In this document: positions 50,694 to 61,218 of the stretch, in pieces | How positions within the stretch are numbered: the stretch's first letter is position 1 | Layout of the letters: every line of letters starts with the position of its first letter | Assembly (NCBI GenBank): GCA_963555825.3 | Contig: CAUVXB020000002.1 | Span: 3,264,001-3,328,000 of the forward strand | Source of the DNA: Alphaproteobacteria bacterium | GTDB taxonomy: Bacteria; Pseudomonadota; Alphaproteobacteria; JAAXGF01 | Reading direction: 5' to 3' | Length of the DNA stretch: 64,000 bases | Made by a program: the position numbers and the translations under genes | The notes under the pieces: model-generated | Databases searched by the model: none | What the model was told of the DNA's origin: nothing | The model's input: the letters and a program-made list of their open reading frames with translations, nothing else

Positions 50694-51806
50694 TTATAGA
50701 GCGGTGAACACGCGGATGCGGTCGTCGGGAAAGACGACCGCGAGCGCCGCGCCTTCGCGGATGCCGAGCTCGCCGACGAGGTGGGGCGGAAAGTCGGCGA
50801 TGATCGACTGGTCGTCGATCCCTTCGACCGCGAGCGTCGCCCGGTAGAAGGCGCCCAGGAACTCGAGCACATCGACGCGTACCGCCACCGCGTTGGGCAC
50901 ATCGCCCGCGGACCCGCGCACCGAGAGGTCCTCGGGCCGGACGCACACGGTGATCGCCGTGTCCTGCGCCAGCCCGTCGAGGCCGTTGCTGCACCGAAGC
51001 TCGATTCGCCCCACGCGCAGGCGATCGAGCGCGAGGACGACGCCGGGCAGGAAGTTCATCTTGCCGACGAAGTCGGCGACGAACTGGGTCGCCGGATTGC
51101 GGTAAATCTCGACCGGGGTGCCGACCTGACCGATGACGCCCTGGTCCATGACGACGACGCGGTCGGCCATGGTCAGCGCCTCCTCCTGGTCGTGGGTCAC
51201 CATGATCGTGGTGACCTCGAGGCGGCGATGCAGCTCCTTGATCTCGTGCCGAAGATAGGCGCGCACCTTGGCGTCGAGCGCGCTCAACGGCTCGTCGAGC
51301 AGCAAGAGGCCCGGCCGCGCCGCGAGCGCCCGCGCCAGAGCGACGCGCTGCTGCTGACCACCCGAAAGCTGCGAAGGGTATTTCTCGTCCTGTCCGGTCA
51401 GCCCGACGAGCCCGAGCAGCTCTTCCACGCGCTTGGCGATTTCCTTCTTCTTCATGCGCCGGTTTTCGAGCCCGTACGCCAGGTTCTTGTAAACCGTGAG
51501 ATTGGGGAACAAGGCATAGGACTGGAAGACGATGCCGAAGTCGCGCGCCGTCGGCGGCAAGGTCGAGATGTCTTCGCCGGCCTGGACGATGCGCCCCTGG
51601 GTCTGGATGTCGAGCCCGGCGATGCAGCGCAACAGCGTCGTCTTGCCGCAACCAGACGGGCCCAGAAAACAGACGAATTCGCGGTCGTAGACGTCGAGGC
51701 TCACGTCGTCGAGCGCGGTAAATGCGCCGAACATCTTCGTGAGATGCTCGAGATTCAGGTACGGCCGGCTATCGTTGGTCGCCGTGTCTATCGTTTCCTG
51801 GGCCAT
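50694..51806 (-). CDS. Putative 2-aminoethylphosphonate ABC transporter ATP-binding protein (PhnT2-type)
   Basis: GPSGCGKT, LSGGQQQR, LLLDEPLSALD, C-terminal TOBE. Confidence 0.9.
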   Translation of the reverse strand: MAQETIDTATNDSRPYLNLEHLTKMFGAFTALDDVSLDVYDREFVCFLGPSGCGKTTLLRCIAGLDIQTQGRIVQAGEDISTLPPTARDFGIVFQSYALFPNLTVYKNLAYGLENRRMKKKEIAKRVEELLGLVGLTGQDEKYPSQLSGGQQQRVALARALAARPGLLLLDEPLSALDAKVRAYLRHEIKELHRRLEVTTIMVTHDQEEALTMADRVVVMDQGVIGQVGTPVEIYRNPATQFVADFVGKMNFLPGVVLALDRLRVGRIELRCSNGLDGLAQDTAITVCVRPEDLSVRGSAGDVPNAVAVRVDVLEFLGAFYRATLAVEGIDDQSIIADFPPHLVGELGIREGAALAVVFPDDRIRVFTAL

Positions 51807-51922
51807 CGCGCTCCGGCAATGCCGCCCTCAAACCAGAATAGGAGGCCCGGCCGCCCCGTCGGTCTCACAAAGCGGCCGGGTCGCTCTCCGACCGGAGAAC
51901 GGTATACGCTTCGACGACGCGC

Positions 51923-52981
51923 CTAGCCCTTCGGCTCGGACTTGACGTCGTAGCGCGTCTGCCACTCGCCGAGTATGCGCTTGCGGTTGCTCGCGGCCCA
52001 ACCGAAATCGTTCTCAATCATCATGTCGAGCATGTTCTCGGGGAAGTGCTCGACCGGCTCGGCGATCTCGGGGATCGCCAGGAGCGGCAGGAAGTCGTTG
52101 TACACCTTCATCGCCGCCGGCGAGATGTGCCAATCCATCAGCGTTTTCGCCGCCTCGATCTTCTTCGAGGTCTTGAGGATGCCGCTCGCCTCGACCTCCC
52201 AGCCGACCCCTTCCTCGGGCAGGATGAGATTGAGCGGCGCGCCCTTCTTTATGAGCTTGGCGCCGCGGAAGGCGAAGGAGATGCCGATCGGGTACTCGCC
52301 CGCGGCGGCCAGCCGGCACGGCTTGGACCCCGAATGGGTGTAGCGCGCCATGTTCTGGTGCAGTGCGTCCATGTACGTCCACGCCGCGTCCTCGCCCATC
52401 AGCTGCAGCCAGCTGGATACGGTGAGGAATCCGGTGCCTGACGAGTTCGGATTGGGCATGACCAGATGGTCTTTGTAAACCGGGTCAAGCAGGTCCTGCC
52501 ACGAGACAGGCTTGGGCAGGTTGAACTTTTCCGCCTCGATGGTGTTGTAGCAGACCACCGCGGCATAGGCGTCGATCCCGACCCAGTGCGGCGGGTTCCT
52601 GGAATCGCGGAACTTGGAATCGAGCCTGTCGAGCCCCTTCGGCGCGTAGGGCAGCAACATGCCCTTCTCGTCGACCACTAGGAGGCTGGTCGCCGAGGTG
52701 CCCAAGAAGACGTCGGCCTGCGGGTTGCCGGCGTCGATCTCCGCCAGGATCTTGGCCGTGATGATGCCCGTCGAATCGCGCACCCAATTGATGTCGATAT
52801 CCGGGTGCTCGGCGCGGAACGCCTTCCGCAAGGGCTCGAGCTCTTCGGCTTCGAGCGCCGTGTAGACGGTGAGCGTCGTATCGGCCACGGCCGCATTGCC
52901 GGCGAGGCCGACGGCGAACAGCCCGGCGGCGGCGATGCCCCAGAAACGCTTGGCGAGTCGTCTACCGAATTCGTGTTTCAT
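51923..52981 (-). CDS. Putative 2-aminoethylphosphonate ABC transporter substrate-binding protein (PhnS2/AepX-type)
   Basis: Signal peptide; LTVYTALE, WVRDSTG, MPNPNSSGTG, YTHSGSKPC. Confidence 0.88.
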   Translation of the reverse strand: MKHEFGRRLAKRFWGIAAAGLFAVGLAGNAAVADTTLTVYTALEAEELEPLRKAFRAEHPDIDINWVRDSTGIITAKILAEIDAGNPQADVFLGTSATSLLVVDEKGMLLPYAPKGLDRLDSKFRDSRNPPHWVGIDAYAAVVCYNTIEAEKFNLPKPVSWQDLLDPVYKDHLVMPNPNSSGTGFLTVSSWLQLMGEDAAWTYMDALHQNMARYTHSGSKPCRLAAAGEYPIGISFAFRGAKLIKKGAPLNLILPEEGVGWEVEASGILKTSKKIEAAKTLMDWHISPAAMKVYNDFLPLLAIPEIAEPVEHFPENMLDMMIENDFGWAASNRKRILGEWQTRYDVKSEPKG

Positions 52982-53221
52982 GGCTATGTTTCTCCCTGTG
53001 ATTAGCCCGGTGCGGGGCATGCCGACTTGCGCGCATCTCGACTGCCATGACTTAGCAGAAATTCCCCAGATGACCACTTGTGCTCACCGGTAGCGCAGCA
53101 AATTTGGCGGTCGAATCCTAATGTGCTCATGACTGTTCGGTCAAGATTTATTGTGGTTTTTTGCCGTTTGGCCCAAAAATCGCGAACAACAGGCCACTCA
53201 ATGGTCGGGGCTCTCCTCGTC

Positions 53222-53409
53222 GATTCGAAACTCGAGATCGACCAGTCCATCAGGGTCTTCGCGGCTTCGAGATTGGGGGTGCCGGCGATGTTGCGCCCGC
53301 GGCGGCGATGGGGATGATGATCTTCTACACCAACGCCGTGGCGCGGCTCATCCATGTCGCGATTTCGAAGGGTGTCCTGAAACGCACCCAGGCATGGCGG
53401 TTCAGGTGA
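53222..53409 (+). pseudogene. 3' remnant of a paralogous permease (+), preceded by a short inverted binding-protein fragment
   Basis: GDVAPAAAMGMMIFYTN...RTQAWRFR* on +; NLEAAKTLMDWSIS on - (53222-53274). Confidence 0.7.
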
Positions 53410-53453
53410 CGACAACGCGTGCGCAATAACGCGGGATCGGGTACGAAACCGGT

Positions 53454-54014
53454 ATGGACGACTATTTCGATCTGGGCCGCTACTCCCGGCCCATCGCCAC
53501 AGACAACGCGGAGACGCAAATCTGGTTCGATCGCGGTTTGAACTGGATCTACGGGTTCAACCACGAGGAAGCCGTCGCCTGCTTCCGGCAAGCCGCGGCG
53601 CTCGATCCCGAATGCGCCATGGCCTATTGGGGCATCGCATTCGCCAGCGGGCCCTTCTACAACATGCCCTGGGAGATGTTCAGCCCGCACGAAGCCGAAG
53701 CGGCCGTTGCGACTTGTCAGGCGGCGGTTCAGAAGGCCCGCGCCTGCGCGCAGAATGCAACCCCGGTCGAGCAGGCGTTGATCGGCGCGGTATCGGTCAA
53801 GTTTCCGAAGCGGCACGCCGTCGGCGCTAGCGAGTTCCGCGCCTGGGACGACGCCTATGCGGACGCGATGCGCGAGGTCCATGCCGCCAACCCAGATGAC
53901 CCGGACGTCATCGCGCTGTTCGCCGAAGCGCTGATGTCGCGCACACCGTGGAAGTTGTGGAACCGGGAGACCGGCGAGCCGGCCGAGGGGGCGGATACGC
54001 TCGAAGCGCTGCGG
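53454..54014 (+). pseudogene. Tetratricopeptide-repeat protein, truncated by IS21
   Basis: YFDLG, QIWFDRGL..YGFNHEEA..CF..A...DP.CAMAYWGIA. Confidence 0.8.
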
Positions 54015-54210
54015 TGTCAACGCCGGAGTAAAAGTACACCACTGGCCGGCGTAAAAATGCACCACTTGATGCGATTCAGTCCAGCGTTGGCGGTTGTCCC
54101 GGTAGTCCATAGGAGGGACCCGCGCTGCTTCGTGTAGCGCTTGCGTTACGCGAAGCGAAGCAGCGTGGGAGGTGCCTGTGGGCCCACCGGGTCAACCATG
54201 GGCTGGGTTG

Positions 54211-54975
54211 TCAGGTTTTTGGGGGTTTCCGCCGTTTTTGGCTCTGGTTGAGACGGTAGCTGTCGCCGTTCATCTCCAGGATATGAACGTGGTGTGTGAG
54301 CCGGTCCAGCAACGCCCCAGTCAGGCGCTCGGAACCGAACACCTCGGTCCACTCATCGAACGGTAGATTGGAGGTCACCAGGGTGGAGCCGCCTTCGTAA
54401 CGTTGGCTGAACACCTCGAACAACAACTCGGCCCCGGTTTTGCTAAGCGGCACGAAGCCGAGCTCATCGATGATCAGCAGCTTGTATTTTGCTAACTGCT
54501 TCTGGAACCGCAACAGGCGCTTCTCGTCCCTGGCCTCGATGAGCTCGTGGACCAAAGCCGCCGCCGTGATAAAGCCGACGGTGAGGCCTTTCTGACAAGC
54601 CGCCAGACCGAGGCCGAGGGCGATATGGGTTTTGCCGGTGCCGCTATTGCCAAGTGCGATGACGTTTTCACGACGCTTGATGTATTCACAACGCGCCAGT
54701 TCCAGAACCATCATCTTGTTGAGCGATGGCATGGCTTTGAAGTCGAAGCTGTCCAAGCTTTTGACGGCGGGGAACTTGGCCATCCTGATCCGCCGCTCGA
54801 CCATGCGGCGTTCCCGATCAATCAACTCCAGTTCGGTCAGGCGAACAAGGTAACGCACATGATCGACGCCCTCGGCAGCGCATTGGCGGGCCTGCTTGTC
54901 GTATTCCCGTAGGAAGGTCGGCAGCTTGAGGGCCTTCAGATGATGGGCCAGCAAGAGCTGTGGCGTATCGCTCAT
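54211..54975 (-). CDS. istB: IS21 helper ATPase IstB
   Basis: GNSGTGKTH, LLIIDELG. Confidence 0.95.
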   Translation of the reverse strand: MSDTPQLLLAHHLKALKLPTFLREYDKQARQCAAEGVDHVRYLVRLTELELIDRERRMVERRIRMAKFPAVKSLDSFDFKAMPSLNKMMVLELARCEYIKRRENVIALGNSGTGKTHIALGLGLAACQKGLTVGFITAAALVHELIEARDEKRLLRFQKQLAKYKLLIIDELGFVPLSKTGAELLFEVFSQRYEGGSTLVTSNLPFDEWTEVFGSERLTGALLDRLTHHVHILEMNGDSYRLNQSQKRRKPPKT

Positions 54976-56471
54976 GGCGCTGCCCCCTTCAGGAGCCCCA
55001 TGTACGAGCGGGCCGAGGTTGTTGCCACCTCGGCGCGCGGCAGATAGGGATGGGCCAGCAGGTTCAAGCGTGGCGGCCGCTTCTCGATCCGGCACAGCAC
55101 CAGGTGCTTGACCGCATCGAAGCCGATCACGCCGCGCTCCAGCGCCTCCGATATGGCGGCTCGCACATCGTCGAGGGAGAAGCTCTCGATTAGCCGCAGC
55201 ACCTGGACGTATTCCCGCTTCCCGGCTTTGCCCATCCGCGCTTCAAGTAGGCGGCGGAGATCGCCGAACACCGGCGGCAACAGCCAGCCGGCCAAGGGAG
55301 CCGCCTGATCCAGCGCGTTGGTCTTTTGCTCCAGCAAGGACAGATAGTGCAGCGGATCGAAGACGAAGTCCTCTTGCTCGTATGAACGCGGGTGCCTGGC
55401 AATCACCTCTGCGGCGCAACTGATGACCACCTCGTGGACATAGCCGCGGACCAGCACCTCGCAATGGCCGAACCGTGTGGGGACGGAGTAATCGGTGCCG
55501 CGATAGCGCACCAGCGACAGCGAACTGACCCGCCCCGGGCGCTTGTCGCAGGCGTCGTAGGCGATTGCGGGAAGGCGCTGAAGAACCGCACGATCCCGTT
55601 CCAGGCGTTCGCCGACCGTCTGGTCGTGGCCACGCAGTTGTTCCGCCCATCGCTTGGCGCAGCAGGCTTCAAGATGCGTGTTGAGATCATCGAAGTTCCG
55701 GAACCTTGGCATCGGCACCAGGAAGTTCCGGCGGCAATAGCCGACGATCCCCTCGACCTTGCCCTTGTCGTTCCCCTTGCCGGGGCGGCCAAAGCGGTCC
55801 TCGAACAGGTAATGGGATCGTAACTCGCTGAACACACGTGTCCGCTGACGCTTGCCGTCACCGAGGATGCGGGCCACCGCAATCCTGGTGTTGTCATAAA
55901 GGATCGAGCGCGGCACACCGCCGAAGAAGGAGACCCCCGAGACATGGCCGTCACAGAAGGCCTCCGTGGTCTCCCCCGGATAGGCCTTCACAAAGCAGGC
56001 GTCCGAGTGGGGTAGGCTCATCGCCAGGAAGTGGATCTTGCGTTCCACGCCGCCGATGACGGCCAGGGCCTCGCCAAAATCAACCTGGGCGTGGCCGGGA
56101 GGATGCGTCAGCGGAACAAACATCTCCCGCCGGCGCTGTCGGACACCGCAGATGTAGTCCTTCACAATGGTGATCTTGCCCGTAAAGCCGTACTCATCAC
56201 GCAGCCGCTCGAATATCCGCTTCGATGTGTGACGTTGCTTCTTCGGACGATCCTTATCCTCTTCCAGGATACGGTCGATAATACCGATGAACGGATCGAG
56301 CTTCGGGCGGACCGGAGGCCGCGTCCGGACATAACCCGGTGGCACCGAATAGCTCAACATCTTCCTGACCGTGCGCGGGTCGATCCCAAAACAACGAGCC
56401 GCTTCGCGTTGGCTCAGAGCCTCAATCATTACCGCGTGGCGAACCCGCCCATACAGTTCCACTCGCTTCAT
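54972..56471 (-). CDS. istA: IS21 transposase IstA
   Basis: AQVDFGE, LYDN, KGKVEG. Confidence 0.95.
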   Translation of the reverse strand: MKRVELYGRVRHAVMIEALSQREAARCFGIDPRTVRKMLSYSVPPGYVRTRPPVRPKLDPFIGIIDRILEEDKDRPKKQRHTSKRIFERLRDEYGFTGKITIVKDYICGVRQRRREMFVPLTHPPGHAQVDFGEALAVIGGVERKIHFLAMSLPHSDACFVKAYPGETTEAFCDGHVSGVSFFGGVPRSILYDNTRIAVARILGDGKRQRTRVFSELRSHYLFEDRFGRPGKGNDKGKVEGIVGYCRRNFLVPMPRFRNFDDLNTHLEACCAKRWAEQLRGHDQTVGERLERDRAVLQRLPAIAYDACDKRPGRVSSLSLVRYRGTDYSVPTRFGHCEVLVRGYVHEVVISCAAEVIARHPRSYEQEDFVFDPLHYLSLLEQKTNALDQAAPLAGWLLPPVFGDLRRLLEARMGKAGKREYVQVLRLIESFSLDDVRAAISEALERGVIGFDAVKHLVLCRIEKRPPRLNLLAHPYLPRAEVATTSARSYMGLLKGAAP

Positions 56472-56581
56472 CCCCCACCCTTCGCTCCAAAATGCAAAGG
56501 GCTATCGCTGACGGAATTTTGCTCCGGCGCAACCAGACTCTCCGGCCGCTTCAGTGAGGGATTATTGCTCCGGCGTTCTCA

Positions 56582-57455
56582 GTCCCCGACGTCAACTTTC
56601 ACGGCCTGACCCTGCCGGTGCGCCTGCCCCAGATCGACACCGTGGAAGGCGGCGTCTGGTCGGCGCGGGCCGACATCGACTCCTGCCCCGATCTGGAACT
56701 GGTCCTGCCGCGAGAAAGGAAGCGGTAGAGACCCAGTTTCTGGAAGAGATGCGCGAGGCTGCGCGGCTTGCCGTCTACCGCGCCATGGCGCAGGCCGATC
56801 CGGCCCCGCGGGCTGCCTGGACCGACTGGCACAGGGCGAAAGAGGCCGGGATCGAGATGCCCGAGCCGCCCGCCGAGCTGCATCCCTGGCGTCCTGCTAT
56901 CGCTGACACCGACTATTGGGACGAGCGGTCCGCTTTTACGGCGGTGGGTTCCGACACTCTGGTAATGCAGGCCGACCCCGAGCCGCCCGAGGCCCAGGCG
57001 CTTCATCGCGCCTTCGGCCTTACCGGACTCCAGGATGAATCGAAGCCCGCGCTCCGGCTGTTAGCCCCCGAGCCGCGTTTCGAGGGTTATCCCTGGTACG
57101 ACACGCTCGCGCGCGTCACCGGCATCGAGACCCTCGTCACCGTGGATGGCGCCGTTCGTTCGTTGGATTACTTCATCAGCGGGGAGAACGGTTGCGAGCC
57201 GGAACGGCCCGAGACCATCGTGATGCACCTGAATGTTCTGCATTCGCCCAAATCGCCGCGCCTTTGCTTTCGCAAATGCGACACCATCGCCGTCTCCGCC
57301 GATCTCGCCTTCGCGGGCGAGGCCTGGTCATCGGTCCATGACGCACTGCCCCTGGTGACGGCGGACAGCGATATCGCGCCCGAGGAACTCGCCCGATTGT
57401 TGCGCGCCGCGTTCTTCAGTCCCAGCGACGACGCAGAGGCTGACTCCTGGGAGAC
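56582..57455 (+). pseudogene. Internal fragment of a plasmid/ICE-type hypothetical protein, between two IS21 left ends
   Basis: NFHGL...DSCPDLELVLP then a frameshift to RKEAVE...LLRAAFFSPSDDAEADSWET; no start or stop of its own. Confidence 0.5.
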
Positions 57456-58404
57456 TGAGAACGGCAGAGCAATAATCCCCCACTGAAGCGGCCGGTCGAT
57501 CCGGCTGCGGCGGACCAAAATGGGACCGCGTATAGCCTTCTGTCAGGGTTGCTCTGACTGGAAGGCGGGGGGGATGTATCGGGTGGAGTTGTACGCACGG
57601 GTTCGGCGGGCGTGTCATGTCGAGGGGATGAGCACCCGCGAGGCCTCGCGGGTGTTTGGTGTAGACCGCAAGACGGTCCGTAAGATGCTGTCGTTCTCGG
57701 TGCCGCCAGGGTATCGCCGAAGCGCGCCGCCGAGGCGGCCAAAGCTGGGTCCGTTCACGGGAATCATCGATCGGATCTTGGAAGACGATCGGACCAGCCA
57801 CCGCAAGCAACGGCACACTGCGAAGCGCATCTTCGACCGCCTCCGGGACGAGTACGGTTTCACGGGCGGCTACACCATCGTGAAGGACTACGTTCGTGAG
57901 CAGGGGCTTCGGTCGCGTGAGGTGTTCGTGCCACTCTCCCATTCCCCCGGTCACGCCCAGGCGGACTTCGGCGAAGCGATGGCGGTGATCGGCGGCGCGT
58001 TACGGAAGATCCACTTCCTTGCCTTCGACCTTCCCCACAGTGATGGTTGCTTTGTTGCGGCCTATCCGGCGGAGACGACCGAAGCATTCTGCGATGGCCA
58101 CAACGCGGCGTTTGCCTTCTTCGGCGGCGTCCCCCGATCCATCCTGTACGACAACACCAAGCTGGCGGTTGCCCGGATCCTGGGCGATGGGAAGCGGCAG
58201 CGAACGCGCGTCTTCACGGAGCTTCAGTCCCACTATCTGTTCGAGGACAGGTTCGGCCGGCCGGGCAAGGGCAACGACAAGGGCAAGGTCGAGGGACTGG
58301 TCGGCTTCATCCGGCGGAACTTCCTGGTCCCCGTCCCGCGTGCCGAGAGCTTCGCGGCCCTCAACGATGCTCTCGCCGAACAGTGCCGCCGGCGCCAGGC
58401 GGCG

Positions 58405-59779
58405 GAGCTATTGTCAAAAGTTGTGTATGGGCTGATCATGCGGCGGCGCGATCCTGGCGTTCTCCATCTACGAATTTGACGCCGCGAATGATCTCGGCGA
58501 GATGGTTCGATCCATCGAGTTTTCTCCATTTTCTCTGAGCGCACTGGCATAGTTTGAAGACCATGGCCATCGCCGTCTTGCGCGACAGGCAGCCCTTGGT
58601 CCGGTAGGTGCGCAGACGAACCGTGGCGAACGTGCTCTCGATGGGGTTGGTCGTGCGTACATGCTTCCAGTGCTCGGCGGGGAAGTCGTAGAACGTCAGC
58701 AGGACGTCGCGGTCCTTGGCCAGGCAGGCCGCGGCCTTGTCGTACTTCGGCCCGTAGGCTTCCAGGAAGAAGTCGAAGGCGCTCTCGGCATCCTTCCTGG
58801 TTTCGGCCATCCAGATGTCTTGCAGGCGCCCCTTGGCTTTCTTTTGCAGACCCTTGGGCAGCTTGTTCAAGACGTTGCCCGTCTTGTGAACCCAGCAGCG
58901 TTGCTCGCGGGCGCCTGGGTAGACTTGGCGGAGCGCCTTCCAGAAGCCGAGCGCGCCGTCGCCGAGCGCCAGTTGCGGACCCATTTCAAGGCCGCGCCGC
59001 TTGAGATCGAGCAGAACTTCGAGCCAGGACTGCTCACTTTCGCGATAGCCGTCGGCGATGGCGATCAGTTCCTTCTGTCCCTTGTCCGTGGCCCCGACGA
59101 TCACCAGGATGCACTGCTTCTCTTCCTCCATGCGGGCGCTGAAATAGATGCCGTCCACCCAGAAATAGACGTAGCGCTTGGCCGTGAGGTCGCGCCGTTG
59201 CCAGCGCTCCGCCTCAACCCCCCAGACCTCTTTCAGCCGGGTGATCGTGGAGGCCGAAAGCCCCGGCGCGGAGCTCCCCAGGAGCGCCGCCAAGGCTTCC
59301 CCGAAGTCGCCGGTGGAAATGCCCTTCAGATACAGCCATGGCAAAAGGTCTTCCAGGCTCTTGGCGCGGCGCAGATAGCGCGGCAGGATCGCCGACGTGA
59401 AGCGGATGGCGCCGTCCCCCCGGTCCCGCACACGGGGTTGGCGCACGCTCACCGGGCCGATCCCGGTCTGGATGAAGCGTTCCGGCAGATATCCATTGCG
59501 GACAACCCGGCGGCGGCCGGCGGCGTCAACAAGCGCCGCATGGCTACCCAAAAACACGGAGACCTCGGCCTCAACGGCTTGGGCCAACAACTCGCGAGCT
59601 CCAGCTTGTAGGACTTCCGTCAACGGATCTTTCTGAAAATCAGATGGGTTTTGAAAAGCAACAACGGTATTCTCTTTCATGGCGTATCCTTCCTTGGCTT
59701 AGCTCAAGTGGTGACATCAACAATCACCAGGATACGCCGCCTTCATTTCAACGCCGTACACAAGATTCGGTTATAGCTC
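58405..59779 (-). mobile_element. IS256-family element, intact
   Basis: GAGCTAT ends; 9-bp TSD CAGGCGGCG. Confidence 0.95.
58436..59680 (-). CDS. IS256-family transposase
   Basis: WVDGIY, GDGALGF, QRCWVHK, RTTNPIES. Confidence 0.95.
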   Translation of the reverse strand: MKENTVVAFQNPSDFQKDPLTEVLQAGARELLAQAVEAEVSVFLGSHAALVDAAGRRRVVRNGYLPERFIQTGIGPVSVRQPRVRDRGDGAIRFTSAILPRYLRRAKSLEDLLPWLYLKGISTGDFGEALAALLGSSAPGLSASTITRLKEVWGVEAERWQRRDLTAKRYVYFWVDGIYFSARMEEEKQCILVIVGATDKGQKELIAIADGYRESEQSWLEVLLDLKRRGLEMGPQLALGDGALGFWKALRQVYPGAREQRCWVHKTGNVLNKLPKGLQKKAKGRLQDIWMAETRKDAESAFDFFLEAYGPKYDKAAACLAKDRDVLLTFYDFPAEHWKHVRTTNPIESTFATVRLRTYRTKGCLSRKTAMAMVFKLCQCAQRKWRKLDGSNHLAEIIRGVKFVDGERQDRAAA

Positions 59780-60453
59780 CAGGCGGCGCGGCTGCGGGGC
59801 CACAAGGAGACCATCGGCGAGCGTCTCGAGCGGGATCGTCAAGTTCTCTTGCCATTGCCGCCTGCTCCCTATGATGCCTGCGATAAGCGCCCTGGACGGG
59901 CGAGTTCGCTGTCGCTGGTGCGTTACCGCAGCAACGACTATTCCGTGCCCGTGGCCTACGGCCACCGTGAGGTGCTCATCCGGGGCTACGTCGATGAGGT
60001 GGTGATCAGCTGCGGGGCCGAGGTGATCGCCCGGCACCGCCGGTCCTACGACAGCGAGGACCTGATCTTCGACCCGCTGCATTACCTGCCCTTGATCGAG
60101 CAGAAGATCGGCGCCCTCGACCAGGCCGCGCCATTGGCGGGCTGGGACCTGCCCGAGGCCTTCATCACTCTGCGGCGGCTCCTCGAAGCTCGTATGGGCA
60201 AGGCAGGCAAGCGCGAGTACGTCCAGGTGCTCCGTCTACTGGAGACCTTCCGGCTCGAGGAGGTCGAGGGTGCGGTCGGCGACGCCCTGCGGCTCGGCGC
60301 AATCGGCTTTGATGCGGTGAAGCACCTGGTACTGTGCCGCATCGAGCGGCGGCCGCCCAGGCTCAACCTCGACGTCTATCCGTATCTGCCGCGCGCCCGG
60401 GTCGCGATGACGTCCGCCAAGTCGTACATGAGCCTGCTGTCGGGGCTCGGCGC

Positions 60454-61218
60454 ATGACCGACACACCGCAAGTGCTGCTCGCCCACCACCTCAAGACGCT
60501 GAAGCTGCCGACCTTCCTGCGCGAGTACGACAAGATCGCCCGGCAGTGCGCCTCGGAAGGCGTCGATCACGTCCGCTACCTGTTGAGACTCGCCGAGCTC
60601 GAGCTGATCGACCGCGAGCGCCGCATGGTCGAGCGGCGCATCAAGGCGGCGCGCTTCCCCGTGGTCAAGAGCCTCGACAGCTTCGACTTCAAGGTCATCC
60701 CCTCGCTCAACAAGGCGCTGGTCCTGGAGCTGGCCCGCTGCGAGTACATCGAGCGCCGCGAGAACCTCATCGCGCTCGGCAACAGTGGGACCGGCAAGAC
60801 CCACATCGCCCTCGGTCTCGGCCTGGCGGCCTGCCAGAAGGGCCTCTCGGTCGGCTTCATCACCGCCGCCGCGCTGGTCCACGAACTCATCGAGGCCCGC
60901 GATGACAAGCAGCTGCTGAGGTTCCAGAAGAAGCTCGCCACCTACAAGCTTCTGATCGTCGACGAACTCGGCTTCGTGCCGCTGTCGAAGACCGGCGCCG
61001 AGCTGTTGTTCGAGGTGTTCAGCCAACGCTACGAGCGGGGCTCGACCCTGGTCACCACCAATCTGCCCTTCGACGAATGGACCGAGGTGTTCGGCTCCGA
61101 GCGCCTCACCGGCGCGCTCCTCGATCGCCTCACCCACCACGTCAACATCCTCGAGATGAACGGTGACAGCTACAGGCTCAACCAGAGCCGCAGGCGTCAA
61201 ACCCCGACTGCTAACTGA
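60454..61218 (+). CDS. istB: IS21 helper ATPase IstB
   Basis: Same protein as 7422-8186. Confidence 0.95.
   Translation: MTDTPQVLLAHHLKTLKLPTFLREYDKIARQCASEGVDHVRYLLRLAELELIDRERRMVERRIKAARFPVVKSLDSFDFKVIPSLNKALVLELARCEYIERRENLIALGNSGTGKTHIALGLGLAACQKGLSVGFITAAALVHELIEARDDKQLLRFQKKLATYKLLIVDELGFVPLSKTGAELLFEVFSQRYERGSTLVTTNLPFDEWTEVFGSERLTGALLDRLTHHVNILEMNGDSYRLNQSRRRQTPTAN

Larger units (their letters stand above)
54015..56581 (-). mobile_element. IS21-family element, divergent type (copy C), coding-intact
   Basis: TGAGAACGCC / TGTCAACGCC ends; no TSD. Confidence 0.93.
57574..60457 (+). pseudogene. istA: IstA interrupted by IS256
   Basis: RRRQAA|RLRGHKE split at the TSD. Confidence 0.92.

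Noticed and set aside
48922-51651. 909-aa permease ORF in the track
   Set aside because: The upstream part overlaps the ATPase in another frame; the RBS supports a start at 50682
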